Assembly: GCA_009695045.1 (NCBI GenBank)
Contig: SIBS01000004.1
Coordinates: forward strand, 1-47,931
Origin: Candidatus Levyibacteriota bacterium
GTDB taxonomy: Bacteria > Patescibacteriota > Microgenomatia > Levybacterales > UBA12049
Length of the DNA stretch: 47,931 bases
Direction of reading: 5' to 3'
How positions within the stretch are numbered: position 1 is the stretch's first letter; every line of letters begins with the position of its first letter. The notes under the pieces are model-generated. The model was given only the letters and a program-made list of their open reading frames with translations, was not told where the DNA came from and made no database searches. A program made the position numbers and the translations under genes. Positions 1 to 10,377 of this stretch are shown in pieces.

Positions 1-161
1 CCATAAGTAATTCAAAGCTTTTTAGACTTCAAGAAATCCTAGAACAAATTCTGTCTAAGAATAATTTCTATTTATAGAATAAAACTATTTTTCTTATTGA
101 TTATTATAACCATTATTAAGTATAGTTATATATGTAATTATATTTATAATCTAATTAATTT

Positions 162-1580
162 ATGAAATACATTTTTATCACATATAGTGGACTATCATTA
201 CCCATAGCATATAAATTACAACAGGAAAAAAATGAAGTCATTGTTGGACAAATAGAAAATATCAAAGACTATGTTATGGAAGACGAATCAGAAAAAGCGA
301 TCGAAATAGATTTCAATAAAAAAAGGCGACTTGACTTATTTAAGGGAATGCTAGATATTCGACCAGCAGATCAAGTCATAGAGCAACTTCGTCGTTCAAA
401 AAATCTCAAAGATTATTTTCTTTTTTTTGAAGAAAACAATCTCTATAGATGGGCGGATAAGGTAAGAGACTTAGATTGTCAGGGAAATTTTCCCACCAAA
501 GAAGATTATTTATTTGAAATAGACAGAGATAATGCAAAAAAATTTGTTAGGAAGTATTATCCAAAATTATATACCCCGGAAATCAAGGAGTTTGACTCCA
601 TCAGGGATGGCATAGAATTTCTAAAAACAGCAAAGGATATCTGGGTTCTAAAAGGACGCGATGATAGCGCGGCGACATTCGTTGCAGATGTTGACTCCGC
701 AGAGCTGGCAAACGCGCAAGTAATTGATTGGCTAGAAAATTTTCCATTAAAGTATGAGAAGCTTGGTTTTATTTTAGAATTATTTATTCCTTCCGTAATT
801 GAACTTACCCCAGAAATTATGTTTTATGATGGAACTCCTTTATTTACTACTGTCGGTATTGAAAATAAATCATTTGGAAGTGGAAATTTATCAGTACAAA
901 CAGGATGCGCAGAAGATCTAGTTTTCCCAACAGAAATGGAAGATCGCATTAATAAAATATCATTTCCACCTGTAATTTATGAGATGGCAAAAGAACACAA
1001 AGGATTATTTATATGGGACGCATCATTACTTATAAATAAAAAGGATGGGAAGATATATTTTGGAGAATTTTGCTCTAATCGTCCTGGATATAATTCTTTT
1101 TTTACAGAACTTTCTCAAGCAAAATCAGTTCATGATTTTTTTGAAGGAGTAGTCCAAAGAGAGGCACCATTAAAGCCTGGGACAGTAGGGACATCTCTTA
1201 GACTTTTTAATATGAATAGAGATGAGGATAGCGAACAAATTTCTGATGGAATCACAGTTGATTTCAAGCCAGAAATAGAAAAAGATTTGTGGCTATGGGA
1301 TGTAAAAAAGAATGGCGGAAATAGATTAGCGACAGCAGGTACGGATTGGAATCTAGCAGTTCTAACTGGAGCAGGTAAGTCCATAGATGAAGCCGTAACA
1401 AAGCTCTATGAAAACGTTGATGGCTTCTCTTTTGTTGGCTCTTATTATCGATCGCAGGATGATTTTATTTCCCAAGATTATCATAATTCTATTATAAATC
1501 GGCTCAATTATGGTCTAGAGCGAGGTTTATACAGGTTACCATTTGACGTTCGGGTTGGCGAACTTGATATTGATTACTAA
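162..1580 (+). CDS. PurD-like (phosphoribosylamine-glycine ligase-like) ATP-grasp protein, divergent
   Basis: ATP-grasp-like elements (WVLK, ILELFI, GEFCSNRPGY resembling PurD EFNxRFG) and a PurD-like C-terminus (VLTGAGKSIDEAVTKLYENVDGFSFVGSYYRSQD). Lacks the bacterial GxGGRE N-terminal motif. Confidence 0.7.
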   Translation: MKYIFITYSGLSLPIAYKLQQEKNEVIVGQIENIKDYVMEDESEKAIEIDFNKKRRLDLFKGMLDIRPADQVIEQLRRSKNLKDYFLFFEENNLYRWADKVRDLDCQGNFPTKEDYLFEIDRDNAKKFVRKYYPKLYTPEIKEFDSIRDGIEFLKTAKDIWVLKGRDDSAATFVADVDSAELANAQVIDWLENFPLKYEKLGFILELFIPSVIELTPEIMFYDGTPLFTTVGIENKSFGSGNLSVQTGCAEDLVFPTEMEDRINKISFPPVIYEMAKEHKGLFIWDASLLINKKDGKIYFGEFCSNRPGYNSFFTELSQAKSVHDFFEGVVQREAPLKPGTVGTSLRLFNMNRDEDSEQISDGITVDFKPEIEKDLWLWDVKKNGGNRLATAGTDWNLAVLTGAGKSIDEAVTKLYENVDGFSFVGSYYRSQDDFISQDYHNSIINRLNYGLERGLYRLPFDVRVGELDIDY

Positions 1581-1658
1581 AATATAAATATGCCTAATAC
1601 GCATACTATAGGATATATACTCTCCCTCTCTTAAGTGATATAATAAGAAATCAAATAT

Positions 1659-2174
1659 ATGAAAAGCAACAGATTATTAGATCTAAAAAATTTGAAATTT
1701 GAAGTTCGTGACGTAATGCGCTACGACGATGTTGGTGATTATTTCGATAACAAGATAATTGCTTATGATTTCAAAGATGATATCATTACAAATGCTATAT
1801 TTCTTCATGAATTTATTGAATATATGCTTATAAAATCCTCTGGTATCGACGCATCACTCATTGATAGATTTGATACTGATGATGATGCCCCAGAAATGCA
1901 CCCAAGAGAATATGAGCTTTATGAAAAATTTCACGATATGTCAAATCGAGTAGAGCGTCAATTTATAGAAAATCTTGGATTAAATTGGGATGATTATGAC
2001 AAAACCATCAATACAAAAAAAATAAAAACTGCCATAAAGCTCATCACAGAAGAACTTCATAAGGAACACCCAGATGAAGTAAAAATTCAACATTCACGAG
2101 AGGTGGTGCGAGAATCTTCAAACAGCTTACCTAATGACGAACAAAAAAATAAAAATTCCAAAAATAAAGTCTAA
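1659..2174 (+). CDS. Hypothetical protein with HExxE...H..E putative metal-binding motif
   Basis: 171-aa ORF with RYDDVGDY, FLHEFIE, FHDMSNRVE, LGLNWDDY; extended -10 TGATATAAT upstream. Confidence 0.6.
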   Translation: MKSNRLLDLKNLKFEVRDVMRYDDVGDYFDNKIIAYDFKDDIITNAIFLHEFIEYMLIKSSGIDASLIDRFDTDDDAPEMHPREYELYEKFHDMSNRVERQFIENLGLNWDDYDKTINTKKIKTAIKLITEELHKEHPDEVKIQHSREVVRESSNSLPNDEQKNKNSKNKV

Positions 2175-2821
2175 TTATTTGAAATAAGAATGTGTATCCT
2201 AGACTGATCGAGAATTACTTGCCCCTTTAACTGTGTTTTAATCTGTACTTGATATAATTTATTTCCACTATCTAAAATTATTTGCCGTGAAAATAAAAGT
2301 TTAAATGGTTCAGTCGTAGACATATCTGAAAACCATACTGGATGTTTATCTGTTGAATTATAAAGCCTTACATAAACTATTTGACTTGAACTAGGAACAC
2401 GAATCGATGCTTCAAAAATAATACTTTTTATGTTCTTATATCTATCAGTATCCACATAGGCACTAGCGCCAACGATATTTTCCCAATCATCGCTTGCACT
2501 AATTCCTGTACCAAGTGGGACAAAGAATTCAGAAACTAAATTAGTAAAGGAAGGGTTATCTAGGCTTGAAGTATCTGTAATTTTTGTTATAGAAGTAACA
2601 AAATCTCTTATGTCCTTCATGCAGTCTGTTTTACATATCTCATTAAGCTTAACTTTATCAGGCTTTTGGGTGATAGGCAAAGAAGGCGTAGGCAAAGTTT
2701 TATTGATATTAGTAGTTGAAATAAATCTATTTTTAAAAATTAAAACGTCTAATATGAAAAGATTTGCAGCTATTAGAATAATAAATAAACGGGTTAATAA
2801 AGTTTCTAAAGTATGCCGCAT
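2171..2821 (-). CDS. Membrane-anchored hypothetical protein
   Basis: N-terminal hydrophobic helix (LFIILIAANLFILDVLIF), Pro/Thr linker, beta-rich C-terminal domain. Confidence 0.65.
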   Translation of the reverse strand: MRHTLETLLTRLFIILIAANLFILDVLIFKNRFISTTNINKTLPTPSLPITQKPDKVKLNEICKTDCMKDIRDFVTSITKITDTSSLDNPSFTNLVSEFFVPLGTGISASDDWENIVGASAYVDTDRYKNIKSIIFEASIRVPSSSQIVYVRLYNSTDKHPVWFSDMSTTEPFKLLFSRQIILDSGNKLYQVQIKTQLKGQVILDQSRIHILISNN

Positions 2822-2930
2822 AATTTGAAATATATCTTTTTATTATTTATCAAAAATTTATTTTAATAAACAAATCTATTATAACAATTAAAAATTATAT
2901 AATTCTATTCCAATTTTATACAAAAATATG

Positions 2931-3560
2931 TCAGGCTATTACTGATTCAGATAATAATGCCATCGCGCCACCGAGCAAGATGCCACCAAGCACATCGGAT
3001 AGCCAATGTTCGCCTAAATAAACTCTACTTAAAAACATACTAGCGTCATATAAAACTATTATAAATAATAATAATATCTTTAGATTCATAGAGATATTCC
3101 TTGATTTATAAATATATAATCCAATAATAAGTGTTATAAATATTGCTCTTGCAGAATGACCAGAGGGATAAGAAAAATCTGTACTTACCGTAAATTGAGG
3201 AAATTCTACTAATTTTTCTGTTCTAATCATAAATTCTGGCGGTGGACTATGATCTATAAAAGTCTTTCCAAATATCTCAATAAGGTGCAGGATAACATAT
3301 AAAAAAAGAGCAAAAAAAGATTTCAATTTTTTTCTAATAGCTAATACTACTAGTAATATAAATGTCGCAATTTCAAAACTACCAACAAAGCTAAGAGTAG
3401 AAAATGATTTATCAAGTCTTCTACTGATATTGTCCTGCACGCGAACAGTTGTATCGAAATCAATTTGAGTAAAAATATTCTTATGAATTAGATATGAGAA
3501 TAAAACAAACAAAAATAAAATTAATAATCCAATAAGGAATATGTGCAATCGTCGCAGCAT
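2931..3560 (-). CDS. PAP2-family phosphatase (undecaprenyl-pyrophosphate phosphatase-like)
   Basis: PAP2 motifs SYPSGH and SRVYLGEHWLSDV; several TM helices. Confidence 0.9.
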   Translation of the reverse strand: MLRRLHIFLIGLLILFLFVLFSYLIHKNIFTQIDFDTTVRVQDNISRRLDKSFSTLSFVGSFEIATFILLVVLAIRKKLKSFFALFLYVILHLIEIFGKTFIDHSPPPEFMIRTEKLVEFPQFTVSTDFSYPSGHSARAIFITLIIGLYIYKSRNISMNLKILLLFIIVLYDASMFLSRVYLGEHWLSDVLGGILLGGAMALLSESVIA

Positions 3561-3815
3561 TTAATAATAATATCACTAATTATCAAACAATTCCAATTAA
3601 TCATATTAATATGATATTTTTATCTAATTAGCCTCAATTATTTTAATTTTCATATATATTTATGGCAAATTACAATCGATAATTCAGTAAGGATTAAAAG
3701 TATCAAGGTGATTGATAAAAGAGTATAAAATGTTTTTTAATAATTAAGAATAAATTGACAATAGCAATATTATTTATATCCATTATAAATGGACATTTAA
3801 TAAAAGTGTCCTATA

Positions 3816-4745
3816 TCACCTCTTCACCAGCCTATGTTGATTCAGCTTTATCTGTAATGATTCTGAAAATCTAGTTACAGCCTCACTATAAGCATAAACT
3901 CTAATAAATTCTTCTGATATTATCCATTTTTTCTCTTCTTTATCATATATAGCTGACCTACCTACTCCCCAATTTTTAGAAAATTCATTAAATTTATTAT
4001 TATAATCAATGATTATTTCTTTCATTAATTCTTTTTTTACCTCATCCTGAATATCAGGATCTATTTTTTTTTCCGAACTAGCCATAATCAAAATTAATTT
4101 GTGCTTCATATCCTGAACTATTCTTTTATCTTTTTCACTTAAATAATCATTTTCTATTCTTGAATTAATTAATAACTCCATATCTCGAATTATATTATTC
4201 TCTATGATCATGGCTTGAATTTCAGGACTATTGATATCATTGCTACCTGCAAGCTGAATTACTTTTTTAATAAACGAAGGGTATGCACTTTTTTCTTTTA
4301 ACAATTTCGCTGAATCAATCAATTCAGTTCTTGCATCCTTAATATGCTTTGTGTCTTGTCCCCATAAATCAAGGTAAAACTCTTTATCTGATGGAGAATT
4401 TATTCCATTTTGAATAAACGATGACCACTCGGTAGAACTATGCGGAGCAGTTGGATACCAATCAGTTTTATCTCTAATTAATTTTAATCCTATTTTCCCA
4501 TCAACTACAGAACGATTATATTTTAAATCTCGGGATCCAAAAATTGGCCAACAGCGGAAAATTATAGGTAAATTATCTATGACCATGTATCCCCTAACCT
4601 CTTTTATTTTACCATCCTTATTTAGCAATACATGACCATAATCTATAGTATTAAAAAGTTTTATTACTTCAGATTCATGTGTCTATAAATCTAATTTTAT
4701 AATTGTTTCAAAATTTTTCTCTAGATTGAGTCCTTCTACTGCCAT
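3816..4745 (-). pseudogene. Hypothetical protein interrupted by an in-frame TAG (probable nonsense-mutated gene or sequence error)
   Basis: ATG at 4745 behind TGATATAAT reads MAVEGLNLEKNFETIIKLDL*THESEVIKLFNTIDYGHVLLNKDGK..., in frame with the 270-aa ORF ending at 3816. TAG at 4685-4683. Confidence 0.55.
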
Positions 4746-4785
4746 AGACCAAGGATTATATCAGATGATTGATAAAAAGTGTAAA

Positions 4786-5667
4786 TTATCTAATATCTAG
4801 ATCTTTGAGGAATTTTTTAAATTCTGTTTTTATATCTGGATGCTCTAATGCGAGCTCTACTACAGTTTTCATATATTCTAATTTATTTCCCGTATCATAA
4901 TAGCGACCATTTTGAATTTCTACTGCATACACTGGAACTCCTTCATTTTGAAGGAGATTGATTGCGTCAACAAGCCAAATTTCTCCACCTTTTCCAGGTT
5001 TTAAACTTTTAAGCGCTCTAAAAATCTCAGGAGGGACAATATATGCGCCATGAGTCGCAATATTTGATGGTGCCGAATCTGGATCTGGTTTTTCAACAAT
5101 TGATTTAATTTTGTAAACATTATTTCTAACTAGCTCTAAATCAGCGATTCCGTACCTCTTGAGATCTTCTTTTTTTTCTATACGAACCCCTGATATAACG
5201 ATTCCACCAAGTTCTTGATGTACTTCCATCATTTGCGCTAGGCGCGGTGGCTTTGAATATATAAACTCATCTCCCCATAAAACAGCAAAGGGCTCATCTT
5301 CTATAATTGGCTCCGCAGCCAAAACAGGTGTGCCATTCCCATAAAGACCTTTTTGTCGAACATAAATAAAATTCGCCATCTCAGAAATCATACGAGTCTG
5401 CTCAAGTAGTTCATGCTTATCACCTTGTTCAAGATTTTTTATAAGATCTTGGTTAGGAACATCAAAATGATCTTCAATCGCACGTTTAAGCGCACCAGTA
5501 ACTATAATTATATCTTTTACCCCTGATGCTACAATCTCTTCAACAACATATTGAATAACTGGCTTATCTACTATTGGAAGCATTTCTTTAGGAAGTGCTT
5601 TTGTTTGAGGCAAGAATCGAGTTCCAAATCCAGCTGCTGGTATAACTGCTTTTCTAATTTTTTTCAT
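4786..5667 (-). CDS. galU: UTP--glucose-1-phosphate uridylyltransferase
   Basis: KAVIPAAGFGTRFLPQTKALPKEMLPIVDKPVIQY, VEKP, GEIWLVDAI, YYDTG motifs. ATG start at 5667 preferred over the TTG at 5676. Confidence 0.93.
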   Translation of the reverse strand: MKKIRKAVIPAAGFGTRFLPQTKALPKEMLPIVDKPVIQYVVEEIVASGVKDIIIVTGALKRAIEDHFDVPNQDLIKNLEQGDKHELLEQTRMISEMANFIYVRQKGLYGNGTPVLAAEPIIEDEPFAVLWGDEFIYSKPPRLAQMMEVHQELGGIVISGVRIEKKEDLKRYGIADLELVRNNVYKIKSIVEKPDPDSAPSNIATHGAYIVPPEIFRALKSLKPGKGGEIWLVDAINLLQNEGVPVYAVEIQNGRYYDTGNKLEYMKTVVELALEHPDIKTEFKKFLKDLDIR

Positions 5668-5819
5668 AAAAAACAATAACCAATAGCAAATATTTATAGT
5701 ATAGTATTATTTGTATTGGTCTATGAACATTGTACTCGTCATTTACTTGAACTGTCAACACCAATATTATTATAAATAACAAAAGATAATCAAATCTATG
5801 CAATGGTATAATTATGCTT

Positions 5820-7793
5820 ATGAATAGAGTAGAACAAGGAATTATTCCAATAAGTCCAGTCACCGATCTAAATTTATTTAATTATTCAAAAGAGGAATTT
5901 ACTAAAAATATCGGCCAAGTTGAATTTATCAATGAAATTATCAAATTTAAAGAATTATCTACTCAAGCAGATACTGAATTTTATAAACAAATTTTCGATA
6001 GACTTAATATTCTAAAAGAAAATGATAAAAAAATTTATTTATTGAGGGATAAAACATTTATTCAGGCTACTTTTGGAGAGGCTTTTTTAATCATAGATAG
6101 AGATTTATCCGCATTTTCTATTTCACAAGAAGATAAATTTACTTTTTTTCAAAACTGCCTAAATACTAACAATAAAATATTTGAATTTAGTTCAAAAAAA
6201 AGTACCATATCAAATTCTGAAAAAATAAATCAATTTAATAAAAATTTACAAGATGTAAAAAAACCACCGTGGTTTAACGGGAGTGATTTAAAATGGTTTG
6301 ATTTTCTAAGAAAATATTCAAACTTCTCTATTCTAATTAATTCGGGAAAATCTATTAATATGATAAATCAAGAACATAAAGATAATGGTTTATTTGGTGA
6401 AACCAATAGTAAAGCTGAAGATTTGCCAGATTGGCTAATTGAACCTATTAAGGATATTCCAAAAATAGAAGACATAGAAGAGAGAGCAATAGAATTTAAA
6501 GAAGAAATTAATTCAATAAATATTGATCTATCTAATAATTATACAGAGATGGATAAAATTATATTAGAAATAAATGAAAAAATATCAAAAAATAATAAAT
6601 CAATACTTGAAGAGATTGTTTCATTGAGTTTATTGAGAGGGTTTTCAGGAAAATTAATCACAAAATATTTTATAAATTATATTATTAATGAGGTAAGATT
6701 ATCTTATGAAGAAAATATTAACTTTAAATCAATCACTAAAAAAGATAAAAATCTCAACTTGGACACTTCGTCATCTGAATATCTATATTCTTTACAAAAT
6801 AAAAAACACAAAGAAGATTTTGCATTATGGCTTGAAAAAGAATTTATTGATTCAAAAACAGGAATATTATCAGTAAAAAATCCATTAAATGATCAGGTTA
6901 GTAAATATTTTAATCTATTTCTTGAATATATAACAAATAAAACAGATGATTCTATTTCCTCCGAATGGAAAGAAGTTAAGAATGAATCCAAAGTATTATA
7001 TAACTTCCTTCAGCACGATGTAAAACCATATCTAGATAATTTAAGTCCTTATGAATTATCGTTTCTTCAAGTATATTTTAATGAGAAAAAGGGTGACTCT
7101 TTTGAATCTATTATTTTTATTTTTGCAGAATACATGCTCCAAGGAAATCAAAAAATAAAAGATAAAAAACCAGATAAAAAAATGGATAAATTAGAAACAT
7201 TCATAAATAAATGGATAAATGATAATTTTGAATACTATTTTGAAGAAATAAATAAATTGACCAAAAATGGATTCATTGAGCAAGCTACTGAATATCCCAA
7301 GTCTGAAAATCTAGAATTAATTATTGAAAAACAAGTAGATAAACAGCTAGAAAAACAAAAAATAATTAAATCTATAAATCAGGAAACTCAAAACACGCTG
7401 GCAATGACTGAGAAAATTAAAAAATTATCTATAGTCAATTGGAAATTATTTATTACTATCAATCCTAATAATAATAATCAAACAAATCTAACTCATATTA
7501 AGGGAGAAAATAAGGAGGAAATGACAAGCTCTCTTCGCGAATACATGGGAATAAACAATACGCCTTCTAGTCTCGATCCTCATATCTATATTGATTCGCT
7601 TGAACTAATGCTAAATCATTTAAATAAATCTGACCATTTATTTTCTAGATTAAGAGAGTCTATTAATGGAATAGAATATTTTAAAATAAAAAAAAGACGT
7701 ATGAGAATTTTTTATTTAATAGACGAAGCCAAAAATGAAATTATTTTCTACCTACATAAAAAAGAAAAGGATGCAAATAAAATATACTCATAA
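5820..7793 (+). CDS. Large helical hypothetical protein with C-terminal RelE/ParE-like domain
   Basis: 657-aa reading from ATG 5820, which lies 7 nt after TGGTATAAT. C-terminus RLRESINGIEYFKIKKRRMRIFYLIDEAKNEIIFYLHKKEKD resembles the RelE/ParE pattern. Confidence 0.6.
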   Translation: MNRVEQGIIPISPVTDLNLFNYSKEEFTKNIGQVEFINEIIKFKELSTQADTEFYKQIFDRLNILKENDKKIYLLRDKTFIQATFGEAFLIIDRDLSAFSISQEDKFTFFQNCLNTNNKIFEFSSKKSTISNSEKINQFNKNLQDVKKPPWFNGSDLKWFDFLRKYSNFSILINSGKSINMINQEHKDNGLFGETNSKAEDLPDWLIEPIKDIPKIEDIEERAIEFKEEINSINIDLSNNYTEMDKIILEINEKISKNNKSILEEIVSLSLLRGFSGKLITKYFINYIINEVRLSYEENINFKSITKKDKNLNLDTSSSEYLYSLQNKKHKEDFALWLEKEFIDSKTGILSVKNPLNDQVSKYFNLFLEYITNKTDDSISSEWKEVKNESKVLYNFLQHDVKPYLDNLSPYELSFLQVYFNEKKGDSFESIIFIFAEYMLQGNQKIKDKKPDKKMDKLETFINKWINDNFEYYFEEINKLTKNGFIEQATEYPKSENLELIIEKQVDKQLEKQKIIKSINQETQNTLAMTEKIKKLSIVNWKLFITINPNNNNQTNLTHIKGENKEEMTSSLREYMGINNTPSSLDPHIYIDSLELMLNHLNKSDHLFSRLRESINGIEYFKIKKRRMRIFYLIDEAKNEIIFYLHKKEKDANKIYS

Positions 7794-8025
7794 AGAATGG
7801 TATTATTGATATTTAACAATATAAATTATTATATTTTTATATAAAATTAACCGTATATAAAATCTTTCATCTCATTATATGCACTAATCTATCCAATCAG
7901 CAGTAAAGCATTACTCAAGCGGACTCTTTACATACGATTTTGAATCTGATAGAATTAATCCTACAGTTTCGTATCTAATAACTTAATTATCTTAATAATA
8001 TATTTAGATATTATAAATTTTTTGT

Positions 8026-8208
8026 ATGGGGTCTATTATCACCTTTCTAAAAGAGACTAGAGATGAATTACTAAAAGTAATTTGGCCAATGCAAAAAGAA
8101 GTAATACGATTAACTACGCTGGTGATAATAATAAGTCTTATGGTTGGAGTATTTATCGGTGGGATAGATATTTTGTTTACCAAACTATTAGCATTTTTAA
8201 TTAAATAA
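8026..8208 (+). CDS. secE: Preprotein translocase subunit SecE
   Basis: FLKETRDELLKVIWP motif, single TM, directly upstream of nusG. Confidence 0.93.
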   Translation: MGSIITFLKETRDELLKVIWPMQKEVIRLTTLVIIISLMVGVFIGGIDILFTKLLAFLIK

Positions 8209-8209
8209 T

Positions 8210-8965
8210 ATGGATGATCAAAATCAACAAGAAGGAATAGAAAAACAATTAGTTAATGAGACTAATGAATCAATTGCTGAAGAAATAATTCCCGTGGAAG
8301 AAGATAATTCCTCAGTCAGTACAATTAGTACCAGTGACGAATCCAGCCAGCATAACGTATCTAATTCTAACAGCGCAACTGATAATGATACAGAAAAAGT
8401 AATGGAAAATATCTCAGTGACACCGTTATCGCCTCCAGTAGATAAAGGTAAATGGTATATTGTCCATACATATTCTGGACATGAAGACAAAATTGCCAAA
8501 ACTCTCAAGCAGAGAATCGAAACAATGGGATTTGAAGATAGGATACATGACATCATTGTCCCAACCAGAAATACAATTAAAGTATCTAAGGGAAAAAAAG
8601 AAAGCATAAATGAAAGAATATTCCCCGGCTATGTTTTAGTAAGGATGGAGCTAAATGATGAAACATGGCTTCTTGTAAGAACTACACCAGGGGTCACTGC
8701 TTTTATTGGTGCAGGCAATAAGCCAACACCTATTTCAGAAAAAGAAGTTGAAGCTATTAAGAAATTTATGAATATGGAAGAGCCACTTTATAAAACTTCC
8801 TTTTCATCGGGCGAAGCAGTTAAGATTATAGATGGACCTTTCTCTGATTTTCTTGGAACAATTGATGAAATCGATGATGCAAGAGGAAAAGTAAAGGTTC
8901 TCGTGTCTATATTTGGTAGAGAAACCCCAGTAGAACTTGACTTACTTCAGGTTGCAAAACTATAA
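8210..8965 (+). CDS. nusG: Transcription termination/antitermination factor NusG with acidic N-terminal extension
   Basis: WYIVHTYSGHE, IFPGYVLVRM, KOW domain GPFSDFLG...VSIFGRETPVEL. Confidence 0.97.
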   Translation: MDDQNQQEGIEKQLVNETNESIAEEIIPVEEDNSSVSTISTSDESSQHNVSNSNSATDNDTEKVMENISVTPLSPPVDKGKWYIVHTYSGHEDKIAKTLKQRIETMGFEDRIHDIIVPTRNTIKVSKGKKESINERIFPGYVLVRMELNDETWLLVRTTPGVTAFIGAGNKPTPISEKEVEAIKKFMNMEEPLYKTSFSSGEAVKIIDGPFSDFLGTIDEIDDARGKVKVLVSIFGRETPVELDLLQVAKL

Positions 8966-8973
8966 TCTAAATT

Positions 8974-9399
8974 ATGGCTAAAAAAATAAAAACTTTTATT
9001 AAACTTACAATTGCTGCTGGAGCCGCAACGCCTGCCCCACCAGTTGGACCAGCACTAGGTCAACACGGACTTCCAATTATGGAATTCGTAAAGTCATTTA
9101 ATGATAAAACAGCAGATCAAAAAGGAACAGTTATTCCAGTAGTTATAACTGTCTATGATGATCGAACATTCTCATTTATAACAAAGAAGCCACCTGTTGC
9201 AGAGATGATTAAAAAAGCCCTGAGCAGAGATAAAGGCTCGCAAAAACCAGGCAAAGAATCAGCTGGAAAGATTACCATGGATCAAGCAAGAAAAATTGCT
9301 GAAGCAAAATTAGAAGACTTAAATACAGATGACATAGAGATGGGTGCAAGAATTGTTATGGGAACAGCACGATCAATGGGTATTCAAGTTGATAAATAA
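8974..9399 (+). CDS. rplK: 50S ribosomal protein L11
   Basis: AGAATPAPPVGPALGQHG, GTARSMG. Confidence 0.98.
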   Translation: MAKKIKTFIKLTIAAGAATPAPPVGPALGQHGLPIMEFVKSFNDKTADQKGTVIPVVITVYDDRTFSFITKKPPVAEMIKKALSRDKGSQKPGKESAGKITMDQARKIAEAKLEDLNTDDIEMGARIVMGTARSMGIQVDK

Positions 9400-9427
9400 A
9401 TTATAATTTTTATAAAATAAGGATTTT

Positions 9428-10243
9428 ATGGGTAAAATAAGAATAAAAACAGAAGGAGATGAAGCAAAAAGTAATAAAATAAAGAAACTTAAAAAAGTTA
9501 ATTCTTTCTCAGGTGATAAAAATGAAATAAATCAAAAAGTTGAAGCCTCTATAGATAATGAGATTAATATAGTTGCTTCATCAAGTAAAACAGAGATAAA
9601 AGATAAGAATAAAATCTCAACATATAAAGAAAAGCTTAGTAAAAACCAAAGTCTTCGCTCTAAAAAATATCAAGATATTGCTGGAAAAGTAGATAGGAAA
9701 AAGACTTATTCTCTTGATGAAGCGCTAGTTCTTCTTCCAGAACTACAAATAACAAAATTTGATGAATCAGTTGAGCTACATATCAATACCACTGAATCAG
9801 GATTATCTGGAAATATACAACTTCCACATGGAACTGGTAAAAAAATACGAGTTGCAATTGCTGATGAGAAAACTATAGCAGAAATTGAAAATGGTAAAAT
9901 TGACTTCGATATACTACTTGCAGAGCCAGAAATGATGCCAAAACTAGCGAAGATTGCAAAATATCTTGGACCAAGAGGACTTATGCCAAATCCAAAAAAT
10001 GGCACTGTTACACAAAATATTCAAGAATCAGCAAAAAAATATGAACTAGGACAAGTAAGTTATAAAACAGAATCAAAAACACCACTACTTCATCTTCTAG
10101 TTGGAAAGGTTTCTTTTGGTAAGGAGAAGCTTACCGAAAATATCAAAATTGCCGTACAAACAGTCCAACCAAAATATATGCAAAAAATTATTATCAAATC
10201 AACAATGAGCCCAGGTATAAGAATAGAAATCTCTTCAATATAA
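9428..10243 (+). CDS. rplA: 50S ribosomal protein L1 with Lys-rich N-terminal extension
   Basis: KFDESVELH, LPHGTGK, LGPRGLMPNPKNGTVT, STMSPG. Confidence 0.97.
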   Translation: MGKIRIKTEGDEAKSNKIKKLKKVNSFSGDKNEINQKVEASIDNEINIVASSSKTEIKDKNKISTYKEKLSKNQSLRSKKYQDIAGKVDRKKTYSLDEALVLLPELQITKFDESVELHINTTESGLSGNIQLPHGTGKKIRVAIADEKTIAEIENGKIDFDILLAEPEMMPKLAKIAKYLGPRGLMPNPKNGTVTQNIQESAKKYELGQVSYKTESKTPLLHLLVGKVSFGKEKLTENIKIAVQTVQPKYMQKIIIKSTMSPGIRIEISSI

Positions 10244-10377
10244 AATCTATCCCCCTACCTACCTTACGATATATACTCTAGCTACTAACTAGCCTAAAAA
10301 TAAATCGTAATCAAACTATTGCTTCTTCTTTATTTATATATAATAATTATAATGCTATAAATAATCAGTCTATATAT

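Noticed and set aside
3791-3811. Hairpin GGACATTT/AAGTGTCC as terminator of the 3816 gene
   Set aside because: Short stem that is mismatched on the minus strand and has only a weak U-tract; not enough support.
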